64,000 bases of DNA from Candidatus Tanganyikabacteria bacterium (GTDB taxonomy: Bacteria > Cyanobacteriota > Sericytochromatia > S15B-MN24 > VGJW01). This document shows positions 1 to 7,821 of this stretch, in pieces. The position numbers and the translations under genes are program-made. Each line of letters starts with the position of its first letter. Position 1 is the first letter of the stretch. The stretch covers positions 17 to 64,016 of the forward strand of contig VGJW01000017.1 in NCBI GenBank assembly GCA_016867265.1. Direction: 5' to 3'. Below the pieces are notes generated by a model that had not been told where the DNA came from, made no database searches, and saw only the letters and a list, made by a program, of their open reading frames with translations.

Positions 1-1343
1 AGGTCACGCCCGAGCGGCGTCAGGCGCAAGTCGGCGTTGTCCCCCCTGAGCACCAAACGGTATTCGGACCGAGCCGTCAGCATCCTGTAGGGTTCGGGAA
101 TGTCCATCGTCGTCAGGTCGTCGACGAGCGTACCGATGAACGATCCGCTCCGGGGCAGCACGACGCCCTCCTGCCCGCGCGCGTGGCGGGCAGCGTTCAG
201 GCCGGCGAGCAGGCCCTGCGCCGCAGCCTCCTCATAGCCCGAGGTCCCGTTGATCTGGCCGGCCGTGAACAGGCCGGGCCAATCCTTGACCGCCAGCGTG
301 GGCCGCAATTGGATGGCCGGCAACTGGTCATACTCCACGGCATAGCCCGGCCGCAGCAGCACGACGTCCGCGAAGCCCGGAAGCGTCCGCAGCATGGCCT
401 CCTGGACGGCTGCCGGCAACGAGGTCGAGAACCCTTGGACATAGATCCAGTCCGTGTCGAGGCCCTCGGGTTCGATGAACAGGCCGTGCGCCGGCTTGTC
501 CGCAAAGCGGTGGACCTTGTCCTCGAAACTGGGGCAGTAGCGGGGCCCGGGTCCCTCGATGCGCCCCTGAAACATGGGTGACAAATGCATATTGTCACGA
601 ACTACATCGTGTGTTTTGTTATTTGTGTAAACAAGATGACACATCACATTTTCTTGACTGCGTGCGAGGGGCAGGTAGGACAGCGTCAGGTCCCCGTCAT
701 CACCCGGCGCGGGCTGCATCTGGCTGAAATCGAGCGAACGCCTGTCCACGCGTGGCGGCGTGCCCGTCTTCATGCGTCGCGTCCGCAAGCCAAGGCGGCG
801 CAGGGCTTCGGACAAGCCGGTCGAGGGCGCCTCGCCGATGCGTCCCCCCGGCGTCGCGGCCTCACCCGTGTGGCACAGGCCCGACATGAAGGTTCCGGTC
901 GTCAGCACCAGGCTGCGCGCCCGGACACGACCCACATCCGTCGCGAGGGACCAGCCCTCCCGGTCGGGGGCGAAGCCCCGCGCCGAGGCCTCAAGGACCT
1001 GGACATACGTCGTCACGAGGCGGTTCATCCACGCCGCGTAGGCGTGCTTGTCGCATTGCAGGCGAAGGGCCTGCACGGCCGGCCCCTTGCTGGCATTGAG
1101 CACCTTGGCCTGGATGCGGCTGGCGTCGGCGGCGCGGGCCATCCAGCCCCCGAGCGCATCTACCTCGCGCACCAGCGTCGACTTGGCCGGCCCGCCGATG
1201 GCCGGGTTGCACGGCATCGCACCGAGCGTTGCCCGGTCCGACGTCACGAGCAGGACAGCCACGCCCAGGCGGTGGGCCGCCATGGCCGCCTCGATGCCCG
1301 CGTGGCCACCACCGACCACGACCACGTCCCAGACCCGATCCAT
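1..1343 (-). CDS. mnmG: tRNA uridine-5-carboxymethylaminomethyl modification enzyme MnmG (GidA), N-terminal ~447 aa; 3' end runs off the window
   Basis: Hand translation of the minus strand from ATG 1343 gives MDRVWDVVVVGGGHAGIEAAMAA (FAD GxGxxG) ... CHLVYTNNKTHDVVRDNMHLSPMFQGRIEGPGPRYCPSFEDKV ... TAGQINGTSGYEEAAAQG. This is colinear with MnmG signature blocks. It is absent from the ORF track because there is no stop codon inside the window. Confidence 0.93.
   Translation of the reverse strand, partial: MDRVWDVVVVGGGHAGIEAAMAAHRLGVAVLLVTSDRATLGAMPCNPAIGGPAKSTLVREVDALGGWMARAADASRIQAKVLNASKGPAVQALRLQCDKHAYAAWMNRLVTTYVQVLEASARGFAPDREGWSLATDVGRVRARSLVLTTGTFMSGLCHTGEAATPGGRIGEAPSTGLSEALRRLGLRTRRMKTGTPPRVDRRSLDFSQMQPAPGDDGDLTLSYLPLARSQENVMCHLVYTNNKTHDVVRDNMHLSPMFQGRIEGPGPRYCPSFEDKVHRFADKPAHGLFIEPEGLDTDWIYVQGFSTSLPAAVQEAMLRTLPGFADVVLLRPGYAVEYDQLPAIQLRPTLAVKDWPGLFTAGQINGTSGYEEAAAQGLLAGLNAARHARGQEGVVLPRSGSFIGTLVDDLTTMDIPEPYRMLTARSEYRLVLRGDNADLRLTPLGRD
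578..598. repeat. 7-bp inverted repeat GTGACAA-N7-TTGTCAC (spacer ATGCATA) inside a low-G+C island within mnmG
   Basis: Read directly. It lies in a stretch (581-660) where I count 27 G/C in 80 nt (~34%), against clearly GC-rich flanks. Confidence 0.6.
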
Positions 1344-1403
1344 ATCCGCCATGCTATGCCATGCTCGAAGGCCACGGAGGAAGCCCCCTTGACCCACCCC
1401 TTG

Positions 1404-1877
1404 ATGCGTATCGGCAGCGGCTATGACGTCCACGCCTTCGCCGAAGGACGCACCCTGGTCCTGGGCGGCGTCACCATTCCCGAGGCGACGGGCCTCGACG
1501 GGGATTCGGACGCCGACGCCGTGACCCACGCCCTGATGGATGCTCTGCTGGGCGCGCTGGCCCTCGGGGACCTGGGGACGCACTTCCCGCCCGGGGATAT
1601 CCGGTTCAAGGGAGCCAGCAGCCTGGTCCTGCTGGACACCGTGATGGCCCTTGTCATCGAGGCGGGCTGGAGCCTGGGCAATGCGGACATGACCATCATC
1701 GCGCAGCAACCGCGCCTCAAGGCCTGGATACCCCGGATGCGCGAGGCACTGGCCGCCCGTCTGGGCGTCGACCTCGAGGCCGTGTCCGTCAAGGCCACGA
1801 CACCCGACCACCTAGGCGCCATCGGCCGGGCAGAAGGCATCGCGGCGCAGGCCGTCGTGCTGCTGATCCGGAATTAG
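1404..1877 (+). CDS. ispF: 2-C-methyl-D-erythritol 2,4-cyclodiphosphate synthase
   Basis: The last 157 aa of track ORF 585..1877 read MRIGSGYDVHAF...DADAVTHALMDALLGA...HFPPGDIRFKGASS, typical of IspF. The upstream part of that ORF is antisense to mnmG. An alternative TTG at 1389 sits behind GGAGGA. Confidence 0.92.
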   Translation: MRIGSGYDVHAFAEGRTLVLGGVTIPEATGLDGDSDADAVTHALMDALLGALALGDLGTHFPPGDIRFKGASSLVLLDTVMALVIEAGWSLGNADMTIIAQQPRLKAWIPRMREALAARLGVDLEAVSVKATTPDHLGAIGRAEGIAAQAVVLLIRN

Positions 1878-1975
1878 CATTAAATCTTCCTTCAATATCC
1901 GTTTCGAGCCACCGCAAACCGGGGCTCTTTGCTATCCTTTCGTTTACGTTAGCTTAACTACTGAGGAAAGAAACG

Positions 1976-2116
1976 ATGGTCCGCAAGATTCTGGTCGCCG
2001 CTCTGGTGGCAGGCGTGATGGGCGTGGTGGGCACCGGCTCGATGGCCAGCGCCCACGACTGCGGTGGTGGCCAGGGCAGCTGCCCGGCCCCCAAGCCCAC
2101 CAAGGAGCCCAAGTAG
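1976..2116 (+). CDS. 46-aa secreted peptide (signal peptide plus a 20-aa mature part HDCGGGQGSCPAPKPTKEPK)
   Basis: Hand-found ORF below the track size cutoff. AGGAAAG lies 5 nt upstream of the ATG. MVRKILVAALVAGVMGVVGTGSMASA|HD... has a Sec-type h-region and an AxA site. Its stop is 5 nt before hsp20. Confidence 0.55.
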   Translation: MVRKILVAALVAGVMGVVGTGSMASAHDCGGGQGSCPAPKPTKEPK

Positions 2117-2121
2117 TCCCT

Positions 2122-2574
2122 ATGTCCCGGCACCAAGGCCCCAGGGTTTCGCCCCTGCTGCTGCGGTTGCTCGAGGAACTGGGACATGGCCTCGATCAGG
2201 CGGACCGGCGCGGAGGCGCCGTCCCCGGTCGAGGCCTCGCTCCCTGGGAGCCGCCCGTGGACATCCACGAGCAGGCCGAGGCCTTCGTGGTGCAACTGGA
2301 CGTGCCGGGCCTGAAGCAGGAAGACCTGGGCCTGCAAGTCGAGGGGCGCCACTTGCTGGTCACGGGGGAGCGTCTGCGCTTCGAGACCGAAGGCAGCCGG
2401 GTCCTGACAGGCGAGCGACCCCACGGTCGCTTCTCGCGGCAGGTGCCGTTGCCGGCCGATGTCGCCATCGAGCGCATCCGGGCCACGCTCAAGGACGGGG
2501 TGCTGTCCGTCTGGCTGCCGCGCGTCGAGGTCGCCCGGCCGCGCACCATCCCCATCGACACCAGCGAGGATTAA
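2122..2574 (+). CDS. Hsp20/alpha-crystallin family small heat-shock protein
   Basis: 150 aa. WEPPVDIHEQAEAFVVQLDVPGLKQEDLGLQVEGRHLLVTGER...GRFSRQVPLPADV...ATLKDGVLSVWLP is a canonical alpha-crystallin domain. Confidence 0.9.
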   Translation: MSRHQGPRVSPLLLRLLEELGHGLDQADRRGGAVPGRGLAPWEPPVDIHEQAEAFVVQLDVPGLKQEDLGLQVEGRHLLVTGERLRFETEGSRVLTGERPHGRFSRQVPLPADVAIERIRATLKDGVLSVWLPRVEVARPRTIPIDTSED

Positions 2575-2584
2575 GCAGCATAAT

Positions 2585-2599
2585 TTCCTTATTAAGGAA
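2585..2599. promoter_or_regulatory. Perfect 7-1-7 palindrome TTCCTTA-T-TAAGGAA in an AT-rich spacer after hsp20
   Basis: Read directly. It lies 11 nt after the hsp20 stop and 63 nt before the next small ORF. It could be an operator or an SD/anti-SD-like hairpin. Function unknown. Confidence 0.3.
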
Positions 2600-2627
2600 T
2601 GCGCAAATCCCCGCAGCCTGACCTTAC

Positions 2628-2647
2628 GTGAAGCACCCCCGCTTCAC
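2628..2647 (+). other. Hairpin GTGAAGC-ACCCCC-GCTTCAC immediately 5' of the AAAGGAG ribosome-binding site of the second small ORF
   Basis: 7-bp perfect stem read directly. There is no T-tract, so it is not a classic terminator. Confidence 0.35.
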
Positions 2648-2661
2648 AAAGGAGTCGAGCC

Positions 2662-2789
2662 ATGGGTCGTATCCTCTCCCTCGTCGCGTGCGCGCTGGTC
2701 GTGCTGGCCTCGTCGAACGTGGCCGTCGCCCACGACGGTCATGAGACCACCCCACCCCCAAGCCGAAGTCCACCAAGGACGTGCGCTGA
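2662..2789 (+). pseudogene. Second small secreted-peptide ORF, paralogous to 1976..2116; needs a 1-nt frame correction in a C-run (2755-2759) to end at TGA 2787-2789
   Basis: AAAGGAG lies 7 nt upstream. MGRILSLVACALVVLASSNVAVA|HDGHETTPP, then one frame over, PKPKSTKDVR*, which mirrors PKPTKEPK* of the first peptide. As written, the frame reads on for 284 aa antisense to the thiolase and straight through a terminator hairpin, which is implausible. Confidence 0.4.
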
Positions 2790-2806
2790 ACCGCGTCCCG
2801 CGTCGC

Positions 2807-2836
2807 AGGACCCCCTGGCCCCGGCCGGGGGGTCCT
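2807..2836. terminator. Bidirectional hairpin AGGACCCCC-(12 nt)-GGGGGTCCT between the convergent small ORF and thiolase
   Basis: 9-bp G/C stem read directly. It lies 2 nt from the thiolase stop (2839). Confidence 0.5.
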
Positions 2837-2838
2837 TG

Positions 2839-4047
2839 CTAATCGAGGTTCTCGACGACGAGCGCGATGCCTTGGCCCACGCCCACGCACATGGTGGCCA
2901 TGCCATAGCGGCCGCCCGTGCGCCGCAGATGATGCACCAAGGTCGTCAGGATCCGCGCGCCGCTCATGCCGAGCGGATGGCCCAAGGCAATGGCCCCACC
3001 CAGCGGATTGACGCGATCGGGATTCAGGTCCAACTCCCGGATGCACGCCAGCGCCTGTGCGGCAAAGGCCTCATTGAGCTCGATGGCATCCAGATCACCG
3101 ACAGAAAGGCCCGCCCGTGCAAGGGCCTTGCGCACGGCAGGCACGGGACCTACGCCCATCACCGCCGGATCGACACCCGCGACGGCCGACGAGACGACGC
3201 GGGCCAGCGGGCGGACGCCCTGCGGGACCTCGAGCGCACCCGAGGCGACAACCAAGGCGGCAGCGCCGTCATTGAGGCCACTGGCATTGCCTGCCGTCAC
3301 GCTGCCGCCTTCGCGGAAGGCCGGCTTCAGGCGAGCCAAGCCCTCGAGGTTCGTCTCGGGGCGCGGATGTTCATCGACGGTAACCTCGACGACTTCCCCC
3401 TTCTTGCGTCCCGGAACGGAAACCGGAACCAGTTCGTCCGCGAAGAGGCCCTGCTGGCTTGCCCGCTCCCAGGCCTGCTGACTGCGAATGGCGAAGGCAT
3501 CCTGGTCTTCACGTGAGATGGCGTGGCGCTCGGCGACATTCTCGGCCGTCTCGCCCATGGCGTAGGGGTGGTGGAGCGCCGCCAGCCGGGGATTGACGAA
3601 GCGCCAGCCCAGCGACGTGTCGTAGACCTGCAGGTCGCGGCTCCAGGCCTTGTCGGCCTTGGCCATCACGAAGGGGGCGCGCGTCATGGACTCGACGCCA
3701 CCGGCGAGAAACATCCGCCCCTCGTCCGACCGGATGGCATGGCTGGCCGTGATGACGGCCTGAAGGCCCGACCCGCACAGGCGGTTGACGGTCTGTCCGC
3801 CCGAACCGATGGGCAACCCGGCGAGCAGAGACGCCATCCGGGCGACATTGCGGTTGTCCTCACCCGCCTGGTTGGCGCAACCCAGAATCACGTCCTCGAG
3901 GGCCCCGGGGTCAATTTGGCTGCGCCGCATGGCCTCTCCCAGGGCCAGGGCTGCCAGATCGTCAGGCCGAACGGCGGCGAGGGCTCCCCCAAGCCGCCCG
4001 ATGGGCGTCCGTACCGCGCTGTAGATGAGGGCTTCGTGTGCGGCCAA
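2839..4047 (-). CDS. 3-oxoadipyl-CoA/acetyl-CoA C-acyltransferase (PaaJ/PcaF-type thiolase)
   Basis: 402 aa, TTG start. [11 protein letters not shown] (active Cys), [46 protein letters not shown]. Confidence 0.9.
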   Translation of the reverse strand: MAAHEALIYSAVRTPIGRLGGALAAVRPDDLAALALGEAMRRSQIDPGALEDVILGCANQAGEDNRNVARMASLLAGLPIGSGGQTVNRLCGSGLQAVITASHAIRSDEGRMFLAGGVESMTRAPFVMAKADKAWSRDLQVYDTSLGWRFVNPRLAALHHPYAMGETAENVAERHAISREDQDAFAIRSQQAWERASQQGLFADELVPVSVPGRKKGEVVEVTVDEHPRPETNLEGLARLKPAFREGGSVTAGNASGLNDGAAALVVASGALEVPQGVRPLARVVSSAVAGVDPAVMGVGPVPAVRKALARAGLSVGDLDAIELNEAFAAQALACIRELDLNPDRVNPLGGAIALGHPLGMSGARILTTLVHHLRRTGGRYGMATMCVGVGQGIALVVENLD

Positions 4048-4074
4048 GGATGCAAGCTCCGAAAGGGGAAAGGG

Positions 4075-5274
4075 TCAGTTGGAAAGGCGGCGCCGCAAGA
4101 GCGGGGCCAGCCGGAAACGCTCGCCCCCGAAGACCTGGGCGTTGGCCTCCAGGACGGCGGCCACTTGCCCCAATCCAAGGGCATCGCCCCAGGCGAGGGG
4201 GCCGTGGGGATAGTTCAGGCCCTGGCGAACGGCCCGGTCGATGAGCGGCGCTCCTGCGTCGGCCCCGGCCCAACCCTCGGCCCACGCGTGATGCGCCTCG
4301 TTGATGATGGCCGCGACCAAGCGACTGGCCACGGCATCGAGACCGGGCAGGACAGCATCGACATAGGGTCGCGTCCAGCCTGCCCCATCGGGAACCAGGG
4401 ATTGCCCTGCGGCGTCCATCGCGTACCACCCTTGGCCATTCTTGCGGCCCAGTTGGTTGGCGTGGACCTGTTGCTGCTGGAGGACGTGCGGTCGGAATCT
4501 CGGCTCACCCGACATCCCGTCGAAAACGGCCCGCGAGACGGCGAGGTTGACGTCGATGCCGATGAGATCCATCAAGGTGAAAGGTCCCATCGGGAAGCCA
4601 GCGGCGCGCGCCGAGGCGTCGATGCCGGCCACGTCGCCCTCGCCGGCACCCAGCATGCGGACGGCCTCGAGGTAGTAGGGTCGTGCCACACGGTTGACCA
4701 GGAACCCCGGAGTGTCGGCCACCGTCACCGTCTGCTTGCCGAAAGCCGCCGCCAGGGCCTCGGCCTCGGCCAGCGACTCAGCGGACGATTGGCGCGCCCG
4801 GACGATCTCGCACAGGGCCATCCGCGGTACCGGATTGAAGAAATGCATGCCGACCACGCGCCCCGGGTCCGGTGCGACCGCAGCCAAGGCCGTCACGGGC
4901 AGGGCCGAGGTGTTCGAGGCCATCAGGGCGCCCGGCGCGAGGATGCTGCCCGCCTCGCGAAACAGCGCCTGCTTGACGGCGAGGTCTTCGTGGATGGCCT
5001 CGAGGAGCACGCGGGCACCGGCGAGACCGGGCAGTGCGTCCACCGCACGCAGGCGCCCGATGGTGCCTTCGGCCTCACCCTCGTCCACTTTGCCTTTGGC
5101 GGCAAGCTTGCGCAGATCCGCCGCAACGGCAGCGACGCCGCGTTCTGCCGCGCCCGGAAGCGCGTCGAAGACCACGACCTCGTGACCTGCCGCCGCCGCG
5201 ACCTGGGCGATACCACGGCCCATGGTGCCCGCCCCGCATACCGCGAGGCGGCCACGCTCAGGCAGGTTGCTCAA
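4075..5274 (-). CDS. 3-hydroxyacyl-CoA dehydrogenase (PaaH-like)
   Basis: LAVCGAGTMGRGIAQ Rossmann, then AIHEDLAVKQALF, SNTSALPVT, VGMHFFNPV. The start is placed at TTG 5274, overlapping the upstream TGA (TTGA). The track ORF extends to 5475 but overlaps the upstream gene. Confidence 0.85.
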   Translation of the reverse strand: MSNLPERGRLAVCGAGTMGRGIAQVAAAAGHEVVVFDALPGAAERGVAAVAADLRKLAAKGKVDEGEAEGTIGRLRAVDALPGLAGARVLLEAIHEDLAVKQALFREAGSILAPGALMASNTSALPVTALAAVAPDPGRVVGMHFFNPVPRMALCEIVRARQSSAESLAEAEALAAAFGKQTVTVADTPGFLVNRVARPYYLEAVRMLGAGEGDVAGIDASARAAGFPMGPFTLMDLIGIDVNLAVSRAVFDGMSGEPRFRPHVLQQQQVHANQLGRKNGQGWYAMDAAGQSLVPDGAGWTRPYVDAVLPGLDAVASRLVAAIINEAHHAWAEGWAGADAGAPLIDRAVRQGLNYPHGPLAWGDALGLGQVAAVLEANAQVFGGERFRLAPLLRRRLSN

Positions 5275-6077
5275 CGGACGGCTGCGACCTCGGTCTCCGA
5301 AGGAGCCGACCAAGCGGGCACCTTGAGACCCGCGGCCTCGATCAACGGATCGATCTCGGCCTTGAAGGCGCGACGCACCTCGTCGTTGTCCCGCTTCTTG
5401 AGGCCGTACTTGCGGTACATCGCGTTGCGGCGGGTATTGGGCCGACCGAAGATGTTCATGGTCCGCACGTACCACTTGTCGAGGGCTGCCTGGGCCTCGT
5501 CGTGGGTGGCCGGATCAGCTGCCAGTTTCTTGACCCAGAAGTTGCCGTGCCCGACGTGGGTGAGTTCTTCCTTGAAGATGAGCTCGATTTCCTTGGCCCA
5601 CGGGGCATAGCTGCATTCGAGGACGTCTTCCAATTGGTGGCCGGCGCCCCGGTCCATGCAGAAGTTGAACATGATGAAATCCGACCAGGACTCGATCGGG
5701 TAGTAGAAGATGTTGACCCGCGTGTCGTCCTTGACGCGATCCGCGCCAATGTCCTGCTGCCCGTTCTCGAGCCGGAAGTTGTAGTCATGCTTGGCGATGT
5801 GGGCCTCGATGTCGACGCCCAGCTTCTCGAGCAACTTGTACATGGCCTTGGCATGGCGGATCTCGTCCTTGACGATCGAGGCCACGGCGAGCTTCTCGTC
5901 GATGGTCGGCGCCTTTTCGATCCACGGACCGTAGCCCAGCCCGCCCGCCAGTTCGGAATCAGCTTGCTGCAGCATCAAGTTGAGTAATTGCTCGTAGTAG
6001 TCGTCCGTCATCTCCTCGCGGCTGGTGATCTTTTCACCCCGCGCCAGACGATCCAACATCTCCTGCTCGGTGACCAT
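5271..6077 (-). CDS. PaaA/PaaC-family (ferritin-like di-iron) protein, stand-alone
   Basis: 268 aa from the ATG behind GAGGAGGT. Carries QQADSE...KDEIRH...QLEDVLE...KEELTH, i.e. an E / ExxH / E / ExxH ligand set, and overall resembles phenylacetyl-CoA epoxidase subunit A. Confidence 0.7.
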   Translation of the reverse strand: MVTEQEMLDRLARGEKITSREEMTDDYYEQLLNLMLQQADSELAGGLGYGPWIEKAPTIDEKLAVASIVKDEIRHAKAMYKLLEKLGVDIEAHIAKHDYNFRLENGQQDIGADRVKDDTRVNIFYYPIESWSDFIMFNFCMDRGAGHQLEDVLECSYAPWAKEIELIFKEELTHVGHGNFWVKKLAADPATHDEAQAALDKWYVRTMNIFGRPNTRRNAMYRKYGLKKRDNDEVRRAFKAEIDPLIEAAGLKVPAWSAPSETEVAAVR

Positions 6078-6108
6078 GCGTACCTCCTCGTTCGACAGGC
6101 CTATAATC

Positions 6109-6145
6109 ATTCTACCACCTGCCCTGCGGGTACCCTACGGGCAGG
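6109..6145 (-). promoter_or_regulatory. Intra-operon hairpin (CCTGCCC...GGGCAGG, 6118-6145) followed on the minus strand by a TAGAAT -10-like hexamer (6114-6109)
   Basis: Read directly in the only sizeable gap (121 nt) of the operon. The hexamer lies ~30 nt upstream of the PaaA-like start. Confidence 0.25.
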
Positions 6146-6198
6146 CTGGACAGCGAGGAACGAACGACAGGCAGGTCCGCCGCCACCCGACGAGGCCA

Positions 6199-7011
6199 TC
6201 ACGCCCCGGTGAAGGCCGGCGGTCGCTTCTCGCCGAAAGCCCTGACACCTTCTGCGAAGTCCGCAGTCCGTGCCGCCGTCTGTTGCATCTGGCTCTCGTA
6301 GAGCAGTTGCGCCGGGAAGTCGGCCTCGATGGCGTGGTCCAGCGCCTTCTTGAGCAGGCCGATGGCCCGGGTCGGTCCCGCCGCGAGGGCCTTGGCCCGG
6401 GTCATGGCCGCCTCGAGAACCTGAGCGCCGGGCACGACCTCGTTAACCGCTCCCCACGCCAAGGCCTTGTCGGCAAGCAGCTTGTCGCCCGTGGCCGCCA
6501 GCTCGAAGGCCCGGCCGGGGCCGAGCAGGCGAGTCAAGGTCCACGTGGCGCCGCAGTCGGGAATCAGACCGATCCGGATGAAGGCGACCGTCATGTAGGT
6601 ATCCTGGGCCATGACGCGCATGTCGCATGCCAACGCCAGGCTGACACCCATGCCGGCGGCCACGCCCTGGATCGCGGCGATGACCGGTTTCGGCATCGCG
6701 CGCAGCTTCTCGAAGACGGGGTGGTACTTCTCACGCAGCATCCGCCCCACAGGAAGCGCGTTGGCCCGATCCGGGTCCATTTGCAAGTCCTGACCCGAGC
6801 AAAAGGCACGACCAGCCCCCGTCAGCACGACCGCTCGGACAGCCGGGTCACGCTCGACGACCTTCAGGGCCGCGAGCAGCTCGGCCTTCATCGCGTCATC
6901 GAAGGCGTTCATCTTGTCGGGACGACACAACGTAATGCAGGCGACAGCCCCATCCACGATCAGCGAGATGGTGGTGTAAGGCGCCGTGGGGGCGACAGCG
7001 GTTTCCGACAC
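6199..7011 (-). CDS. Enoyl-CoA hydratase/isomerase family protein (PaaG-like)
   Basis: 270 aa. GTG start behind AGGGAGGA. ITLCRPDKMNAF...VVLTGAGRAFCSGQDL...AAIQGVAAGMG. Confidence 0.85.
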   Translation of the reverse strand: MSETAVAPTAPYTTISLIVDGAVACITLCRPDKMNAFDDAMKAELLAALKVVERDPAVRAVVLTGAGRAFCSGQDLQMDPDRANALPVGRMLREKYHPVFEKLRAMPKPVIAAIQGVAAGMGVSLALACDMRVMAQDTYMTVAFIRIGLIPDCGATWTLTRLLGPGRAFELAATGDKLLADKALAWGAVNEVVPGAQVLEAAMTRAKALAAGPTRAIGLLKKALDHAIEADFPAQLLYESQMQQTAARTADFAEGVRAFGEKRPPAFTGA

Positions 7012-7023
7012 GGACAGTCCTCC

Positions 7024-7821
7024 CTAGCGGCCAATGAATCGGGCCGGACGCTTCTCGACGAAGGCCTTCATGCCTTCCTTCTGGTCCTCGGTGGCAAACA
7101 GGCCGTAGAAACGCTGACGCTCGGCATCGAGGCCCTCAGCCAAGCTGGTCTCGAAGGCCTTGTCGACGGACTCGGTCGCCATGCGCAAAGCCATCGGTGC
7201 CTTGGCCGCGATGGCGCGCGCCATCTCGCCCACTTCCTCCTCGAAGACCTCGAGGGGCCAGACCCGGCTGACCAGCCCGTGGGCCAAAGCCTCCTGCGCC
7301 GAAATCTGTCGTCCAGTCAGGATCATGTCCATCGCCAGGGCCTTGCCGACGGCCCGGGTCAAGCGCTGGGTGCCCCCTGCGCCCGGAATCACGCCCAGGT
7401 TGATCTCGGGTTGACCGAACACGGCATTGTCTGCCGCCACCAGCAAGTCACAAGCCATGGCAAGCTCGCAGCCCCCGCCCAGGCAAAAGCCCGAGACGGC
7501 TGCCAGCAGGGGCTTGCGCACCCGACGCAGGCGATCCCACAGGGCGATGGTATCCCGGGTCAGCATGTCGACGGGACTGGCCTCGGCCATCTCCTTGATG
7601 TCGGCACCGGCGGCAAACGCACGCTCAGACCCGATGAGGACCATGACCCGCACGTCCGGGTCGGCATCGAGCGCCAGCGCGGCATCCGTCAGGGCCGTCA
7701 TCAACGACGGTGACAGAGCATTCAGGGCCTTGGGCCGGTTCAGACGCAGCCACGCGACGCCATCTGCACGGGTCACGATGAGTTCGTCCGTCGACAGGAC
7801 GTCGGGAGACTGGGTGGTCAT
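7024..7821 (-). CDS. Enoyl-CoA hydratase (PaaF/crotonase-like)
   Basis: 265 aa from MTTQSPDV. LNRPKALNAL, GSERAFAAGADIKEM, AAVSGFCLGGGCELAMACD, FGQPEINLGVIPGAGGTQRL. ATGA overlap with the upstream stop. The track ORF's N-terminal extension is rejected. Confidence 0.9.
   Translation of the reverse strand: MTTQSPDVLSTDELIVTRADGVAWLRLNRPKALNALSPSLMTALTDAALALDADPDVRVMVLIGSERAFAAGADIKEMAEASPVDMLTRDTIALWDRLRRVRKPLLAAVSGFCLGGGCELAMACDLLVAADNAVFGQPEINLGVIPGAGGTQRLTRAVGKALAMDMILTGRQISAQEALAHGLVSRVWPLEVFEEEVGEMARAIAAKAPMALRMATESVDKAFETSLAEGLDAERQRFYGLFATEDQKEGMKAFVEKRPARFIGR

Noticed and set aside
585-1403. N-terminal 273 aa of track ORF 585..1877
   Set aside because: Only the last 157 aa (from ATG 1404) are IspF. 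The rest is the reverse complement of mnmG and is Arg/His/Gly-rich nonsense.
2790-3516. Read-through continuation of the second small ORF (track ORF 2662..3516, 284 aa)
   Set aside because: It runs through a terminator hairpin and is antisense to the thiolase. The N-terminal signal peptide plus the paralogy to the first peptide argue that the real product is ~42 aa after a frame correction.
3523-5610. 695-aa plus-strand ORF, the longest in this region
   Set aside because: It is antisense to the confidently identified thiolase and 3-hydroxyacyl-CoA dehydrogenase genes. Its composition is R/G/A/P-heavy with no motif. This is a typical shadow frame in GC-rich DNA.
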